Shown piece after piece: positions 28,147-39,338 of a stretch of 64,000 nucleotides of DNA (its first letter is position 1; each line of letters starts with the position of its first letter). This stretch comes from Halobacteriovoraceae bacterium (lineage in GTDB: Bacteria > Bdellovibrionota > Bacteriovoracia > Bacteriovoracales > Bacteriovoracaceae): NCBI GenBank assembly GCA_963719505.1, contig CAVRCF010000005.1, positions 288,001 to 352,000 on the forward strand, given 5' to 3'. The position numbers and the translations under genes are program-made. The notes beneath the pieces were generated by a model. That model was not told the origin of the DNA, did not search any database, and saw only the letters and a list, made by a program, of their open reading frames with translations.

Positions 28147-28830
28147 TTAGCCTTGAATAATAAGGTCTAGATGCATCTCTGAGATGGGCTTCATGGACTT
28201 TAGTCCAATTTTATAGGCACTCTTCACTCTTCCCTGACTCTTAAATCTAAAGCGCTGTGAGTACACCATCTCTACTTCATAACCTTCTTTAATAAAATGC
28301 CCTTGCAGTTTTGTGATCTCAAAAAATGAGCCCTCTTCAAAGTATTTTATATCCTTTTCAGAGATAACGATGCTCATACCACCTGAAGAGATATCAATAA
28401 CCTGAAATTGAAATTCTTGAGTGGCATCGATTAAGAGCTCAACATTGACCTTTAAAGACACACTCTTTCGATCGGACGGCTTAAATTTAATTCTGGCCTG
28501 CTCACGAAGCTCCAAAGCCTTTACTTCAACCGGCAAAGACAATGAGATATTTTCAGCGATTTGCGAGATGACTTCGACCTTAAAAACCGTCTCTTTAAAG
28601 CTAAATTTTGCGTAGGTAGGCTTTTTGGAATTATGCTTAAATGCAGAATAGTTTTTAACTTTGACTTGAAAGGTATTAAACCTCTCATTAACAGCTAAAT
28701 CCTCTATTTCAAAGATATAGCGTTTCTCTCCGTCATTTTGCCAAAGAAAAGCTTTTTTGTCCCCGTTTGACTGGTGAAGAATTTTCACGATTTCGTTGAA
28801 ATTTTTTGAGGTTCTGTAGTTTGAAAGCAT
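28147..28830 (-). CDS. PilZ-domain protein
   Basis: ELREQAR (RxxxR) and DISSGG (DxSxxG) c-di-GMP motifs. Confidence 0.85.
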   Translation of the reverse strand: MLSNYRTSKNFNEIVKILHQSNGDKKAFLWQNDGEKRYIFEIEDLAVNERFNTFQVKVKNYSAFKHNSKKPTYAKFSFKETVFKVEVISQIAENISLSLPVEVKALELREQARIKFKPSDRKSVSLKVNVELLIDATQEFQFQVIDISSGGMSIVISEKDIKYFEEGSFFEITKLQGHFIKEGYEVEMVYSQRFRFKSQGRVKSAYKIGLKSMKPISEMHLDLIIQG

Positions 28831-28943
28831 AGTGAAATCTAATCAAAACACACATCTACGTCAAATAGAAAATTAGCTTAGGCCCTATACAGGATATTTA
28901 AAATAGGCTATATTTACCCTTAATTAGAAATGCGGTGTGTAAT

Positions 28944-29387
28944 ATGGTTAAAATCAATAAAAAGGTGGAGTACGCTTTAATAGTTCTAAAGCATATGACC
29001 ACGAAAAAAGAGGGTGAGCTTACTCAGGCCAGAGAAATCTGTGATCAGTACCACACACCTTTTGATACAACGGCTAAAGTCATGCAGCTGATGAATAACC
29101 GTGGTTTTTTCCACTCCCAAAAGGGTGTTAAAGGCGGCTATTCTCTGGCTGTTAAATTAAAAGATATCAATTACCTTCAACTTGTAGAGCTTATAGAAGG
29201 AAAAAGAGCGACCATGGATTGCACAGAAAATAAGTGCAGCCTTTTGAGCTCGTGCAATATAGTAAGTCCCATCAATAAATTAAATAAACATCTATGGTAT
29301 TTTTTCAAAGGTTTAACTCTTGACGAGCTTCTTGGCCAAGACTCCCTTGATCCAGTAGATAGAATATTCGAGGTAACAGGAACATGA
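28944..29387 (+). CDS. Rrf2-family regulator (IscR-like, 3 Cys)
   Basis: [17 protein letters not shown] and C..C..C; first gene of the suf operon. Confidence 0.88.
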   Translation: MVKINKKVEYALIVLKHMTTKKEGELTQAREICDQYHTPFDTTAKVMQLMNNRGFFHSQKGVKGGYSLAVKLKDINYLQLVELIEGKRATMDCTENKCSLLSSCNIVSPINKLNKHLWYFFKGLTLDELLGQDSLDPVDRIFEVTGT

Positions 29388-30817
29388 GCGATATCGAACA
29401 AAAAATGAATGAAGAATACAAATGGGGATTTGAATCCAATATCGAAATGGAAGAATTTCCCAAAGGTCTTAACGAAGACATTATCAGACTTATTTCTTCA
29501 AAGAAAAATGAACCTGATTGGCTTCTTGAGTCTCGTCTTAAAGCTTTTAAGCACTGGCAAACACTTAAGCATCCAAATTGGCAATACTTTAAGGTGCCTG
29601 AAATAGACTTTCAAGACCTCTACTACTACGCCAAACCTAAGACTAAAAATGCCATCGCAAGTTTAGAGGATCTAGATCCCGAGCTTTTAGCGACATTTGA
29701 AAAACTTGGAATCCCACTACAAGAACAAAAGCGTATCTCCGGTGTGGCCGTTGATGCCGTTTTTGATTCAGTAAGCCTTGGGACAACTTGGAAGGATGAT
29801 CTTCTCAAAGTTGGCGTTATCTTTTGCTCTATTTCTGAGGCCGTTGAAACTTATCCGGAGCTTGTAAAAAAGTACTTGGGAACAGTTGTCCCTCATACTG
29901 ATAACTACTATGCCGCTCTAAACTCTGCCGTGTTCACCGATGGCTCATTTGTCTTCATCCCAAAAGGTGTCACTTGCCCAATGGATCTCTCAACATATTT
30001 TAGAATAAATGCAAAAGAGACCGGTCAGTTTGAAAGAACATTAATCATCGCTGAAGAAGGCTCTTATGTGAACTACCTTGAAGGTTGTACAGCTCCACAA
30101 AGAGATGAGAACCAGCTGCATGCGGCTATCGTTGAGCTTGTCGCGCTAGATAATGCGGAGATTAAGTACTCCACTGTTCAAAACTGGTATGCCGGAGACA
30201 AAGAAGGCAAAGGCGGAATCTATAACTTTGTAACGAAAAGAGGAATATGTAGAGGGGTGAATTCTAAAATTTCTTGGACTCAAGTTGAAGCTGGAAGTGC
30301 GATCACGTGGAAATATCCAAGTTGTATTCTTATGGGAGATAACTCTGAGGGAGCTTTTTATTCAGTGGCCCTTACCAATAATAAAATGAAAGCTGATACG
30401 GGAACAAAAATGATCCATATTGGCAAAAATACTAAAAGTACAATCATCTCAAAAGGTATCTCGGCTGAACAGTCTCAAGGTATCTACAGAGGTGAAGTAA
30501 AAATCATGCCAAGTGCAACAGGAGCGAGAAACTACTCTCAATGCGACTCTATGCTCATTGGTGATCAGTGTGCCGCTAATACCTTTCCCTATATCGATGT
30601 TAAAAACTCTTCGGCCACTGTAGAGCACGAAGCTAGTACATCAAAGATATCAGCTGATCAGATGTTCTACTTGCAATCGAGAGGGATCGATGCAGAAAAA
30701 GCGATCTCACTTATTGTTAATGGATTTTGCAAAGATGTTTTTAAAACACTTCCACTGGAATTCTCAGTAGAAGCGGTAAAACTTATAGAAATGAAACTAG
30801 AAAACTCAGTTGGATAA
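29384..30817 (+). CDS. sufB: Fe-S cluster assembly protein SufB
   Basis: [23 protein letters not shown] and [10 protein letters not shown]. Confidence 0.97.
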   Translation: MSDIEQKMNEEYKWGFESNIEMEEFPKGLNEDIIRLISSKKNEPDWLLESRLKAFKHWQTLKHPNWQYFKVPEIDFQDLYYYAKPKTKNAIASLEDLDPELLATFEKLGIPLQEQKRISGVAVDAVFDSVSLGTTWKDDLLKVGVIFCSISEAVETYPELVKKYLGTVVPHTDNYYAALNSAVFTDGSFVFIPKGVTCPMDLSTYFRINAKETGQFERTLIIAEEGSYVNYLEGCTAPQRDENQLHAAIVELVALDNAEIKYSTVQNWYAGDKEGKGGIYNFVTKRGICRGVNSKISWTQVEAGSAITWKYPSCILMGDNSEGAFYSVALTNNKMKADTGTKMIHIGKNTKSTIISKGISAEQSQGIYRGEVKIMPSATGARNYSQCDSMLIGDQCAANTFPYIDVKNSSATVEHEASTSKISADQMFYLQSRGIDAEKAISLIVNGFCKDVFKTLPLEFSVEAVKLIEMKLENSVG

Positions 30818-30835
30818 TAAAAATAGGATAAAAAA

Positions 30836-31606
30836 ATGTTACAAGTAAAAGACCTTTCAGCTTCAGTAGAAGCAAATGAAATTTTAAAAAAAATTAACTT
30901 CTCGGTTAAACCTGGCGAAATACACGCAATCATGGGCCCAAACGGTAGTGGTAAAAGTACACTTTCTAAAGTGATAGCAGGACATCCAGACTATGAAGTA
31001 AAAAATGGAAGTGTTCAGTTCAGCATCAACGGAAAAATGACTGATATTGGAGAGCTTGAACCAAGTGATAGAGCAAGAGAAGGTATCTTTTTAGGTTTTC
31101 AATATCCTGTTGAAATTCCGGGAGTGACAAATATTAATTTCATGCATGAATCTTTCAATGCCTTATGTGAACATCAAGGTGCGGACACAATGAACGAGAA
31201 AGATTTTAGAGAATATGTAAAATCAAAACTTCCTATTCTTGAGATGAGCGAAGCCTTTTTAGATAGACCAGTTAATGAGGGCTTCTCTGGTGGGGAGAAA
31301 AAGAAAAATGAAATTCTTCAAATGCTTATTCTCAATCCCAAGCTTGCTCTTTTAGATGAGACAGACTCTGGTCTTGATATCGATGCTCTTAAAACTGTTG
31401 CAAATGGTGTTAACACTTTAAAAAGTAAGTACAACTCTGTTGTCCTTGTCACCCATTACCAAAGACTTCTAGATTATATAAAGCCAGATTTTGTGCACGT
31501 TCTGTACAACGGTCAAATCATTAAAACGGGTGATAAATCATTGGCTTTAGAGCTTGAAGAAAAAGGCTACGACTGGCTAATAGAGGAGCACAATGCAAAC
31601 TCTTAA
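30836..31606 (+). CDS. sufC: Fe-S assembly ATPase SufC
   Basis: GPNGSGKS, NEGFSGGEKK and LDETDSGLDID. Confidence 0.97.
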   Translation: MLQVKDLSASVEANEILKKINFSVKPGEIHAIMGPNGSGKSTLSKVIAGHPDYEVKNGSVQFSINGKMTDIGELEPSDRAREGIFLGFQYPVEIPGVTNINFMHESFNALCEHQGADTMNEKDFREYVKSKLPILEMSEAFLDRPVNEGFSGGEKKKNEILQMLILNPKLALLDETDSGLDIDALKTVANGVNTLKSKYNSVVLVTHYQRLLDYIKPDFVHVLYNGQIIKTGDKSLALELEEKGYDWLIEEHNANS

Positions 31607-32771
31607 GGACTTTAAAGAAAATATTCCCAACAGAAGAGATGAAAGCTACAAATATACAAACTTCACAAAGGCCTTTGACCCCTTTGAGAGCTTTGACTTT
31701 AGCCAAAGTAGTTTTGACCTTGAAAGTATAAAAGTTGAAGGTGCCATAAACCTCTTTATTACCAGTGGTGAGTTTTCTGAATCATCAGAACCCTGTGATC
31801 TTAAATATTCTTCAAAAGTTGATAAAGATGTTCAAGCGCTGAATAAAAATGCTTTTACAAATGACTTCATTTTTAATCTTGGAAGCCTCAATACTATTGA
31901 GCATTCATTTGAATTAACTGACAACAGCGTTATTGAAAAACCGATCTTTCTTTTCCATGTCATAAGTAATAGTGATACTCACCTTTTTCACCAAAAGTGC
32001 ACTTTTAAAATCGGTAAAAACTGTGACTTAAAAGTGAATGAAGTTTTCATCAACACTGATAGTAATAAGGTTTTCTTTAATCATTCATCACTAACAGACT
32101 TGGCGGAGAACTCAAATTTTTTGCATGTTCACCATCAGATACTTAATTCAGAATCTGTCTTTGGTCTCAATATAGCTTCTCAAGTAGCCAAAAACGCTCA
32201 TTATAAATCCTTTACGACAACTTTAGGATCTAAAATGAGTCGCGCGAATATTCATATTGATATCAATGGTGAAGGATCTAACGCCACGGCGTCGGGAGTC
32301 TACACACTTCAGGGATCCCAACACGCCGATATAAACTCTTATATGTCTCACAACTCTCCCCACTCTGAGAGTCACCAGCTTTATAAGGGAATTATGAATG
32401 ACTCCTCAAGAGGTGTATTCACGGGACTAATTAAAGTCCAAAAAGATGCTCAACTCATTAATTCCAATCAAATGAATAGAAACCTTCTTTTAACGAAAGG
32501 GGCGCATGCCAACTCAAGACCTCAACTTGAGATCTTTGCCGATGATGTCAAATGTGCTCACGGCTCCACAACGGGTCAACTGAGTGAAGATGAGCTCTTC
32601 TACTTTCTCTCGCGAGGAATCACCGAAGAGAAGGCTAAAATGATGCTCGCAAGGGCCTTTACTTATGATGTTCTTTTGAAAATAAACAATGAACTAATAC
32701 GTGAATACTTGCACGACGATATAACTGAAAAATTTGAAAACAAGGCTTTTGGTACAATAAATGATCAATAG
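31593..32771 (+). CDS. sufD: Fe-S assembly protein SufD
   Basis: ESYKYT and PQLEIFADDVKCAHG. Confidence 0.95.
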   Translation: MQTLKDFKENIPNRRDESYKYTNFTKAFDPFESFDFSQSSFDLESIKVEGAINLFITSGEFSESSEPCDLKYSSKVDKDVQALNKNAFTNDFIFNLGSLNTIEHSFELTDNSVIEKPIFLFHVISNSDTHLFHQKCTFKIGKNCDLKVNEVFINTDSNKVFFNHSSLTDLAENSNFLHVHHQILNSESVFGLNIASQVAKNAHYKSFTTTLGSKMSRANIHIDINGEGSNATASGVYTLQGSQHADINSYMSHNSPHSESHQLYKGIMNDSSRGVFTGLIKVQKDAQLINSNQMNRNLLLTKGAHANSRPQLEIFADDVKCAHGSTTGQLSEDELFYFLSRGITEEKAKMMLARAFTYDVLLKINNELIREYLHDDITEKFENKAFGTINDQ

Positions 32772-33978
32772 AGAAGAAATAAAAAGAGATTTTCCTCAAA
32801 TCAGCGAACTCTACGATGGTAAACCTATCGTCTACCTCGACAGTGCAGCGACGAACTTAAAGCATATTGATGTTATTAAAAGCAATAATAATTACTACTC
32901 TAAAGAGACGGCAAATATTCATAGAGGTATTCACACTCTCAGTGAAATAGGGACGGAAAAGTACGAGCACACAAGAACTCTTCTTAAAGAACTTATTAAT
33001 GCCTCTTCCAATAAAGAGATCATCTACACCAAAGGGACGACTGATTCAATTAACCTTGTAGCTAAAAGTTGGGGAGAAAATAACTTGGGCCCAGGTGATG
33101 AAGTCCTTATAAGCCATATGGAACACCATTCTAATATTGTCCCTTGGCAGATGGTATGTGAGAAAACGGGAGCGAAGTTAAAAATCATTCCTATAGATGA
33201 TAATGGCGACATCCTTTTTGATGAATATCTAAAGCTTCTCAATGAAAGAACAAAAATTGTAAGTGTCGTCTATATCTCCAACTCACTCGGTACTGTAAAT
33301 CCTATCGATAAAATGATTGGGGAGGCGAGAAAGGTTAACGCTCTTTTTTTGGTTGATGCCGCCCAAGCAATATCTCATAAAGTTATTGATGTCCAAACCA
33401 TGAACTGTGACTTCTTATGCTTTAGTGCCCATAAAATGTTTGGACCGACTGGAATTGGCGCCCTTTATGGAAAAGAGTCACTCTTAGAGAGCATGCCCCC
33501 AATTTTTGGTGGTGGTGATATGATTGATAAAGTTACTTTTGAAAAAACAACGTACAACACTCTCCCCTATAAATTTGAAGCTGGGACTCCTAATATTTCA
33601 GCTGGTATCTCTTGGGCCCCAGCTCTTGAATATATTAAAAAAGTGGGAATAGAAAATATCGCAAGTCACGAAAGTGAACTTTTAACCTACGCGACAAATG
33701 AACTTAAAAAGGTCGAAGGCTTGAAAATTATAGGCACGGCCAAAGAGAAGTCCGCTGTGATTTCTTTTACTCTCGAGTGTTGTCATCCTCATGATATTGC
33801 GACGATGGCCAATAAGTATGGTGTAGCTCTAAGGACCGGTCACCATTGTACTCAGCCCGTTATGGAGAGGATGAATGTGCCTGCTACAGCGAGAGCATCA
33901 TTTGGAATATATAATGACAAAGCTGACGTGGATAAGTTAGTTGATACATTAAATAAAATTGTAGATCTTTTTAGCTAA
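32761..33978 (+). CDS. sufS: Cysteine desulfurase SufS
   Basis: YLDSAAT, EHHSNIVPW, SAHKMFGPTG and RTGHHCTQP. Confidence 0.95.
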   Translation: MINREEIKRDFPQISELYDGKPIVYLDSAATNLKHIDVIKSNNNYYSKETANIHRGIHTLSEIGTEKYEHTRTLLKELINASSNKEIIYTKGTTDSINLVAKSWGENNLGPGDEVLISHMEHHSNIVPWQMVCEKTGAKLKIIPIDDNGDILFDEYLKLLNERTKIVSVVYISNSLGTVNPIDKMIGEARKVNALFLVDAAQAISHKVIDVQTMNCDFLCFSAHKMFGPTGIGALYGKESLLESMPPIFGGGDMIDKVTFEKTTYNTLPYKFEAGTPNISAGISWAPALEYIKKVGIENIASHESELLTYATNELKKVEGLKIIGTAKEKSAVISFTLECCHPHDIATMANKYGVALRTGHHCTQPVMERMNVPATARASFGIYNDKADVDKLVDTLNKIVDLFS

Positions 33979-33996
33979 AAAGAGATAGAGGAAAAT

Positions 33997-34551
33997 ATGA
34001 GTGCACAAATACAACCAACACCAAACCCAAATGCTCTAAAGTTTATTTTAGACAAAGTTGTAAAAAATGAAGGTAAAACTTCTTTTAAAAATCCTAATCA
34101 AGCCAAAGAAGTTAATCTTGCCGCCGCTTTGTTTGATCTTCGAGGCGTAGACCAAATTCACTTTTTTCAAAATGTTATAACTGTTAGTAAATTTACTTTT
34201 GAGCCTTGGGATAATTTAGAACCAGCGATTGTCACTTGTATTGATAACCACTTAGATGACCACGACCCAAACTTTAAAGACCACGATCCAGAGAAAGAGA
34301 GAAGAAAAAATCTTCCTGCAGATCTTTTACAAATTGAAGAAATTTTAGATCGAAGAATTCGTCCAGGCCTGCAAGGCGATGGTGGGGATATGAGTTGTTT
34401 ATCATTTTCCAATAATACCCTTATCGTTAAGTATCAAGGAGCTTGTGGTAGTTGTCCAAGCTCTACAACCGGTACTTTAGAAGCTATTAGAGGAATTCTA
34501 AGAGAAGAATACGATCCTGAGATTGAAGTTTATATTGCCCCTGAAGAGTAG
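33997..34551 (+). CDS. Nfu-type Fe-S carrier (Nfu_N + NifU-C)
   Basis: TPNPNALKF, IRPGLQGDGGD and GACGSCPSS. Confidence 0.9.
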   Translation: MSAQIQPTPNPNALKFILDKVVKNEGKTSFKNPNQAKEVNLAAALFDLRGVDQIHFFQNVITVSKFTFEPWDNLEPAIVTCIDNHLDDHDPNFKDHDPEKERRKNLPADLLQIEEILDRRIRPGLQGDGGDMSCLSFSNNTLIVKYQGACGSCPSSTTGTLEAIRGILREEYDPEIEVYIAPEE

Positions 34552-34553
34552 AG

Positions 34554-35456
34554 ATGATCTTACTATTTTTTGCCCTCATCACAACGACGGCCATCTATGG
34601 CGACAGGTTCTCTGACCAAGAGTTTGTCCAATCTGTCGAATACTCTATTCTCAATCCTAATACCGAAATTGAGCTCTACAATAATGATAGTAATGAAACT
34701 CTTAATTACTCTCCGAATACGAGGACTTCACTAGGAGTTGCTGTAAATTTTGAAGATTTTTCACTAGCTGGGACATTTAGAGACTCCTCAACCCAAGAAG
34801 ATGATGATCAAATAAGCGAATCTCGCTACAATGACTTTAGGTTAAAAACTCCCTTCTACAGGGGTATTTTAGAAGCCTTTTATCTAAAATATAAAGGCTT
34901 TAAAATTGATCAAAATGAAAAAAATGAGCTCCTCCCCATTACAGCTAGGACTTATGGATTGAATTATACATTTTTTACAAATCCTCAAGTCAACATTTCT
35001 CAACACATGGGAAATTTCCAATATGACAAAAAAACTGAGTATGGTGCTTTTTTAAGCTTTGGATATGCCAAAAATAAAGTTAACTCAAAGACCTCTATGG
35101 TTCCTCGAGGTCGCGAAGACGACTTTAAAAATTTCGTCGGACTCAAGTCTTTTGAGCAAGATGCACTTTCCGCTATTTATGGAATTGCTGGAAGCTATAG
35201 TTTTTACAAATTCTATGTTCAGGGTTCAATTGGTATTGGGATAAATTTTTCAAAAGTTGACTACAAAGGAACCGATCTAGAAAGCTCATCAAACTCTGGT
35301 CCTGCAAGTAAAACCCATCTAAATTTCGGTTACCAGTTTAAAAACACTCTTGTGGGTTTTGACACTTACCTTACTTCTACATCTGACCGCCAAGGTGAAA
35401 ACGAGCTATCAATCAAAAGACTGGATTCAAATGTCTATTACCATTATTTTTTCTAA
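34554..35456 (+). CDS. Putative outer-membrane beta-barrel protein (DUF4421-like)
   Basis: YSPN...LGV and YLKYKGF; alternating beta pattern; C-terminal aromatic residue. Confidence 0.6.
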   Translation: MILLFFALITTTAIYGDRFSDQEFVQSVEYSILNPNTEIELYNNDSNETLNYSPNTRTSLGVAVNFEDFSLAGTFRDSSTQEDDDQISESRYNDFRLKTPFYRGILEAFYLKYKGFKIDQNEKNELLPITARTYGLNYTFFTNPQVNISQHMGNFQYDKKTEYGAFLSFGYAKNKVNSKTSMVPRGREDDFKNFVGLKSFEQDALSAIYGIAGSYSFYKFYVQGSIGIGINFSKVDYKGTDLESSSNSGPASKTHLNFGYQFKNTLVGFDTYLTSTSDRQGENELSIKRLDSNVYYHYFF

Positions 35457-36346
35457 ACCCAGCTTTTTGGATAATAGTTCTCTAACATTTTTTCATGGGG
35501 AGAATCTTTTTTAGGTGCATACTTATAAGTAAACATCGCCCGCTTTGGCAGTGAGATCAAGATAGAATCCGTTCGACCATTTGTCTGTAAACCAAAAAGC
35601 GTTCCTCTATCATGAAGAAGATTAAACTCTATATATCGTCCATGTCTGTGTAATTGAAAATCAATATCATCTTGAGTAAAGTCTTCATTCATTCTTTTCT
35701 CAACAATAGGAAAATACGATTCAATAAAGTGATTTGAAAGATCAATAACCATATCAAAATCTTTTTGAATGTCTCCCGAGTTATGATGATCAAAAAAGAT
35801 TCCCCCTATTCCTCGCATTTCATTGTCTCTATGTTTATTGACGAAATATTCATCACACGTTTTCTTCATTTTATCGAAGCAGTTGTAAGGAGCACATGCT
35901 TTTTTCCAGACCTGATGAAAATGTTTAAAGTCTTCAGGGAAAGGAAAATATGGTGTGAGATCGGCGCCGCCGCCAAACCAGACACTTTCACCTTGATTGA
36001 TCATTCTAAAATTCATATGGACAGTTGGAATTTTTGGATTAAAGGGATGAATAATAAGAGAAATACCAGTGGCCCATAACTCATCTGATTTTCCTTGCAG
36101 TTTTTTAGCAAATTCAGGATTTATCTTACCGAAAATCTCCGATGTATTCACTCCGGCATTTTCAAAAAGATCTCCTTCAAATGCCCGGGTTATACCACCG
36201 CCTCCGGGATTATTAGCATGATCGACTCGGCTCCAATTATCCTCCACCAGCTCCAGTGAGGCGTCCAAAGAGTTCATCTTCAAAGTAATCTCATTTTGAA
36301 GATTCTTAACATGGTCAGAGAATTTCTTTTTTAATTCGTTTAACAT
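35453..36346 (-). CDS. hemF: Oxygen-dependent coproporphyrinogen III oxidase
   Basis: HPFNPKIPTVHMNFR, WFGGGADLTP, RGIGGIFFD and RYIEFNLLHDRGTLFGL. Confidence 0.95.
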   Translation of the reverse strand: MLNELKKKFSDHVKNLQNEITLKMNSLDASLELVEDNWSRVDHANNPGGGGITRAFEGDLFENAGVNTSEIFGKINPEFAKKLQGKSDELWATGISLIIHPFNPKIPTVHMNFRMINQGESVWFGGGADLTPYFPFPEDFKHFHQVWKKACAPYNCFDKMKKTCDEYFVNKHRDNEMRGIGGIFFDHHNSGDIQKDFDMVIDLSNHFIESYFPIVEKRMNEDFTQDDIDFQLHRHGRYIEFNLLHDRGTLFGLQTNGRTDSILISLPKRAMFTYKYAPKKDSPHEKMLENYYPKSWV

Positions 36347-36427
36347 TAAAAAGCCTTTAATAAATCTTAGTAAATATCCGATATTACTTATATATAATTT
36401 AAATCGCCCTTTTTCAAAGGTTTTAAA

Positions 36428-38641
36428 ATGGCCAATATTTTTTCTAGGTTTGTCCGCTATATCGGAATCGTTCTTATCTTTATTTTTAGTGCAGCTTCAA
36501 TCTTCTTTAGCTTCATTGAAAGAACTATTCCTGAGGGTCAACCCCTGAAAGAGACAATTCAATATGCCTCATTTTTTGAAAATAGATTCTATGACTTAAG
36601 AATGCAGTCGACCTTGTCCCCTGAGAATCAAAATAATGAGATCGTCTTGATTAAAGTTGATGATGAGTCTTTACAAAAGATTGGATCATGGCCAGTTAAT
36701 CGGGAGACATGGGCCACAATGATCAATAATTTAGGTAAGTTTGGCGCCAAGGTCGTGGCATTCGATGTTATGTTTCCCGAGGAAGTGAAAAGTTGTGGAG
36801 AGGTGTCTCCTGATGATAGCTTTGCTAAAGCTATTGAAGACTTTCAACTTCAGGCCAATAGAAGAATTATTTTGGCCTACACCACTCAAGATGAAAGCAC
36901 GAGAAACTCCTTTTATGACGAGATGCCAGAAGATCTCTATACCTTTATCCTGGACTCAACTCAAGTGAGTGAGAATGCCTCGCTAGTGGTGAAAAAGGTC
37001 GAAAGGCATACCTACCCCATTCAAAAGCTGCTAAGTGCATCTCCTGATCTTGGTTTTATCAATATGTTAGAAGATGCTGACGGCGTTTTCAGAAATTATC
37101 AGATTGTCTCAAACATCGATGGTGTTTTATATACACCCTCTTTAGGTCTTAGAGCTTTTCAGGCCTATCAAGAGACAAACCCTAAGCTTAATATCGATAG
37201 TACCGGCTCCGCACAGCTTCTTATTAAAGATGACAAAATCTTTATTAATAACAGAGGGGAAACCAAAATTCGCTGGCTAGGGGCCAGTAGAAACTTTAAG
37301 GATATTTCTCTTCATGAAGTTGTCGACCCAAATGCTGATCAGGAAAAATTAGAGGCATTTTTTAAAAACAAAATAGCCTATGTGGGATCGACGGCAACGG
37401 GTGCACACGACTTAAGGAATACACCTGTTGACTCTCAGATGCCTGGAGTCTACGCCCACATGAACATGACAAGTATGTTAATGAAGAATTTTTATTATAA
37501 GGATCTTTACAAGTCGATAAAAATTTCTTTTCTCTTTCTTATCGTGGGTACTGTCGTTTTAATTGTGACCATGTTTTTAAAAAATGCCTTTGTGGATTTA
37601 TTTATGACTATTCTTTTAGTCGTTACCATCCTCTTTATTGATTACACCTATCTTTTAGAGTCTGGTTATGAAGTGAGAATGTTCTTTGTCATTTTTAATA
37701 TCCTGGCCACTTATTCGTGGGTCACCCTTTTGAACTTTAACAAAGCCAATGCGGAGAAAAAGCAGATTAAAGGAGCATTTGCCCGTTACGTAGCCCCAAC
37801 CATTGTCGATGAGATGCTAGAGAATCCTGACAAGTTAAAGGTCGGAGGACAGAGAATGGACATCACCTGTATGTTCTCAGATGTGCGAGACTTCACTTCC
37901 ATTTCTGAACAACTGTCGGCCAACGAACTTGCAAAGTCGCTTAACCGCTATATGGGAGAGATGACCGATATTGTTTTTGATACCAATGGAACTCTAGACA
38001 AGTATATTGGAGACGCAATTGTGGCTTTCTGGGGAGCACCTATTGATATCGGTGATCATGTTACTGCGGCAGTTGACGCCTCTGTAAAAATGCTAGAGGC
38101 CCTTCCAGCGATAAATGATGAATTTAGAGCGGCTCAGTTACCAGAGTTTAAAATAGGAATCGGTCTCAACTCTGGGGAATGTAATGTTGGAAATATGGGC
38201 TCAGATAAAATTTTTGCTTACACGGCCCTTGGAGATACGATGAACTTAGGAGCCCGACTGGAATCAAGTTGCAAGTACTATGGAGCACAGATCCTTATCT
38301 CTGAATACACATTTGAGCGAATGGATAAGAGTCGTTTTATCACTCGTCTCATCGATAATGTGGTCGTGAAAGGGAAAGTAAAGCCCGTAAAGGTTTACGA
38401 AGTCCTTTATCGTGGACATCATCTATGGGAGAAAAAGGATTTAATGTCATTGTTCTCTACGGCCTATCAAAATTTTCTCGATAGAGATTTTGAAGCTGCC
38501 CAAAAAAACTTTGAGCTTGTGCTGGCAAAATCTCCTGATGATAAGTCATCTCAAAGATTATTGGAGCTGACTTTAGAATACAGACAAAATCCACCACCAA
38601 GTGATGTTGATCATTCTCTTAATACGAGGACAGATAAATAG
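36428..38641 (+). CDS. CHASE2-sensor class III adenylate/guanylate cyclase
   Basis: CHASE2 (GSWP, FDVMF, DADGVFR, PGVYAH), three TMs, FSDVRDFT, DKYIGDA, GD.MNLGARLE and VKGK. Confidence 0.93.
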   Translation: MANIFSRFVRYIGIVLIFIFSAASIFFSFIERTIPEGQPLKETIQYASFFENRFYDLRMQSTLSPENQNNEIVLIKVDDESLQKIGSWPVNRETWATMINNLGKFGAKVVAFDVMFPEEVKSCGEVSPDDSFAKAIEDFQLQANRRIILAYTTQDESTRNSFYDEMPEDLYTFILDSTQVSENASLVVKKVERHTYPIQKLLSASPDLGFINMLEDADGVFRNYQIVSNIDGVLYTPSLGLRAFQAYQETNPKLNIDSTGSAQLLIKDDKIFINNRGETKIRWLGASRNFKDISLHEVVDPNADQEKLEAFFKNKIAYVGSTATGAHDLRNTPVDSQMPGVYAHMNMTSMLMKNFYYKDLYKSIKISFLFLIVGTVVLIVTMFLKNAFVDLFMTILLVVTILFIDYTYLLESGYEVRMFFVIFNILATYSWVTLLNFNKANAEKKQIKGAFARYVAPTIVDEMLENPDKLKVGGQRMDITCMFSDVRDFTSISEQLSANELAKSLNRYMGEMTDIVFDTNGTLDKYIGDAIVAFWGAPIDIGDHVTAAVDASVKMLEALPAINDEFRAAQLPEFKIGIGLNSGECNVGNMGSDKIFAYTALGDTMNLGARLESSCKYYGAQILISEYTFERMDKSRFITRLIDNVVVKGKVKPVKVYEVLYRGHHLWEKKDLMSLFSTAYQNFLDRDFEAAQKNFELVLAKSPDDKSSQRLLELTLEYRQNPPPSDVDHSLNTRTDK

Positions 38642-38642
38642 T

Positions 38643-39338
38643 CTAGAGTCGAAAAAGAAGAGAAGAGTTTAACCCAAATTCTTGTCTGGTGATATCGAGA
38701 TCAACATAGGTATTTTCTTGATCATAAATCTCTAAATAGAGATCAAAGATAAGAGAGAACTTACTGTTTAATTTATACAAAAGATCAGTTGAGGCTTTAA
38801 GAACAAAACCTGTATCAAAATCATCATCACCACTGATGAGAATACCCGCTGCAGCTCTTGCGTCTAGCCTCATTTTCTCACCCTTATAGTAGTTAAATCC
38901 ATAACCACCAAGGATTCCAATATTATCATACGTCACATCAGTTAATTCGCTGCTGTCATTGTTCTTAGCACCAACACCGAGTTCTTCTCTTTGAAAGAGG
39001 TCGATAAAAAGATCACCAAAGCTATAGGCCTTTAAAAAAGTAGAACCGATAGAAAAAGAGTTATAATCGTCTATCTCTCCCCCGTCATCGAATTCAGAAA
39101 AAGAATAGTTTCTCATATAAACATAAGGTGAAATTTCAATACCTGAATCAGGACAATAAATAATCCAATTTCCTCTGATTGATAGACCTGAGTCTGAGAC
39201 TATGTCGAGCTCATCTGAGCCTCTTTGACCATTGAGAACGAAGGAATCAAAACCGGCACCAACTTTAAAAACATCTTTTATACAATCAGCTTGAGCGCTA
39301 AAGGAAATAAGAGAAATAAGAAAAATAATTTTAAACAT
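38643..39338 (-). CDS. Putative outer-membrane beta-barrel protein
   Basis: Signal peptide from ATG 39338, overlapping the FecR-gene stop; amphipathic strands; ends in LLFRL. Confidence 0.6.
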   Translation of the reverse strand: MFKIIFLISLISFSAQADCIKDVFKVGAGFDSFVLNGQRGSDELDIVSDSGLSIRGNWIIYCPDSGIEISPYVYMRNYSFSEFDDGGEIDDYNSFSIGSTFLKAYSFGDLFIDLFQREELGVGAKNNDSSELTDVTYDNIGILGGYGFNYYKGEKMRLDARAAAGILISGDDDFDTGFVLKASTDLLYKLNSKFSLIFDLYLEIYDQENTYVDLDITRQEFGLNSSLLFRL

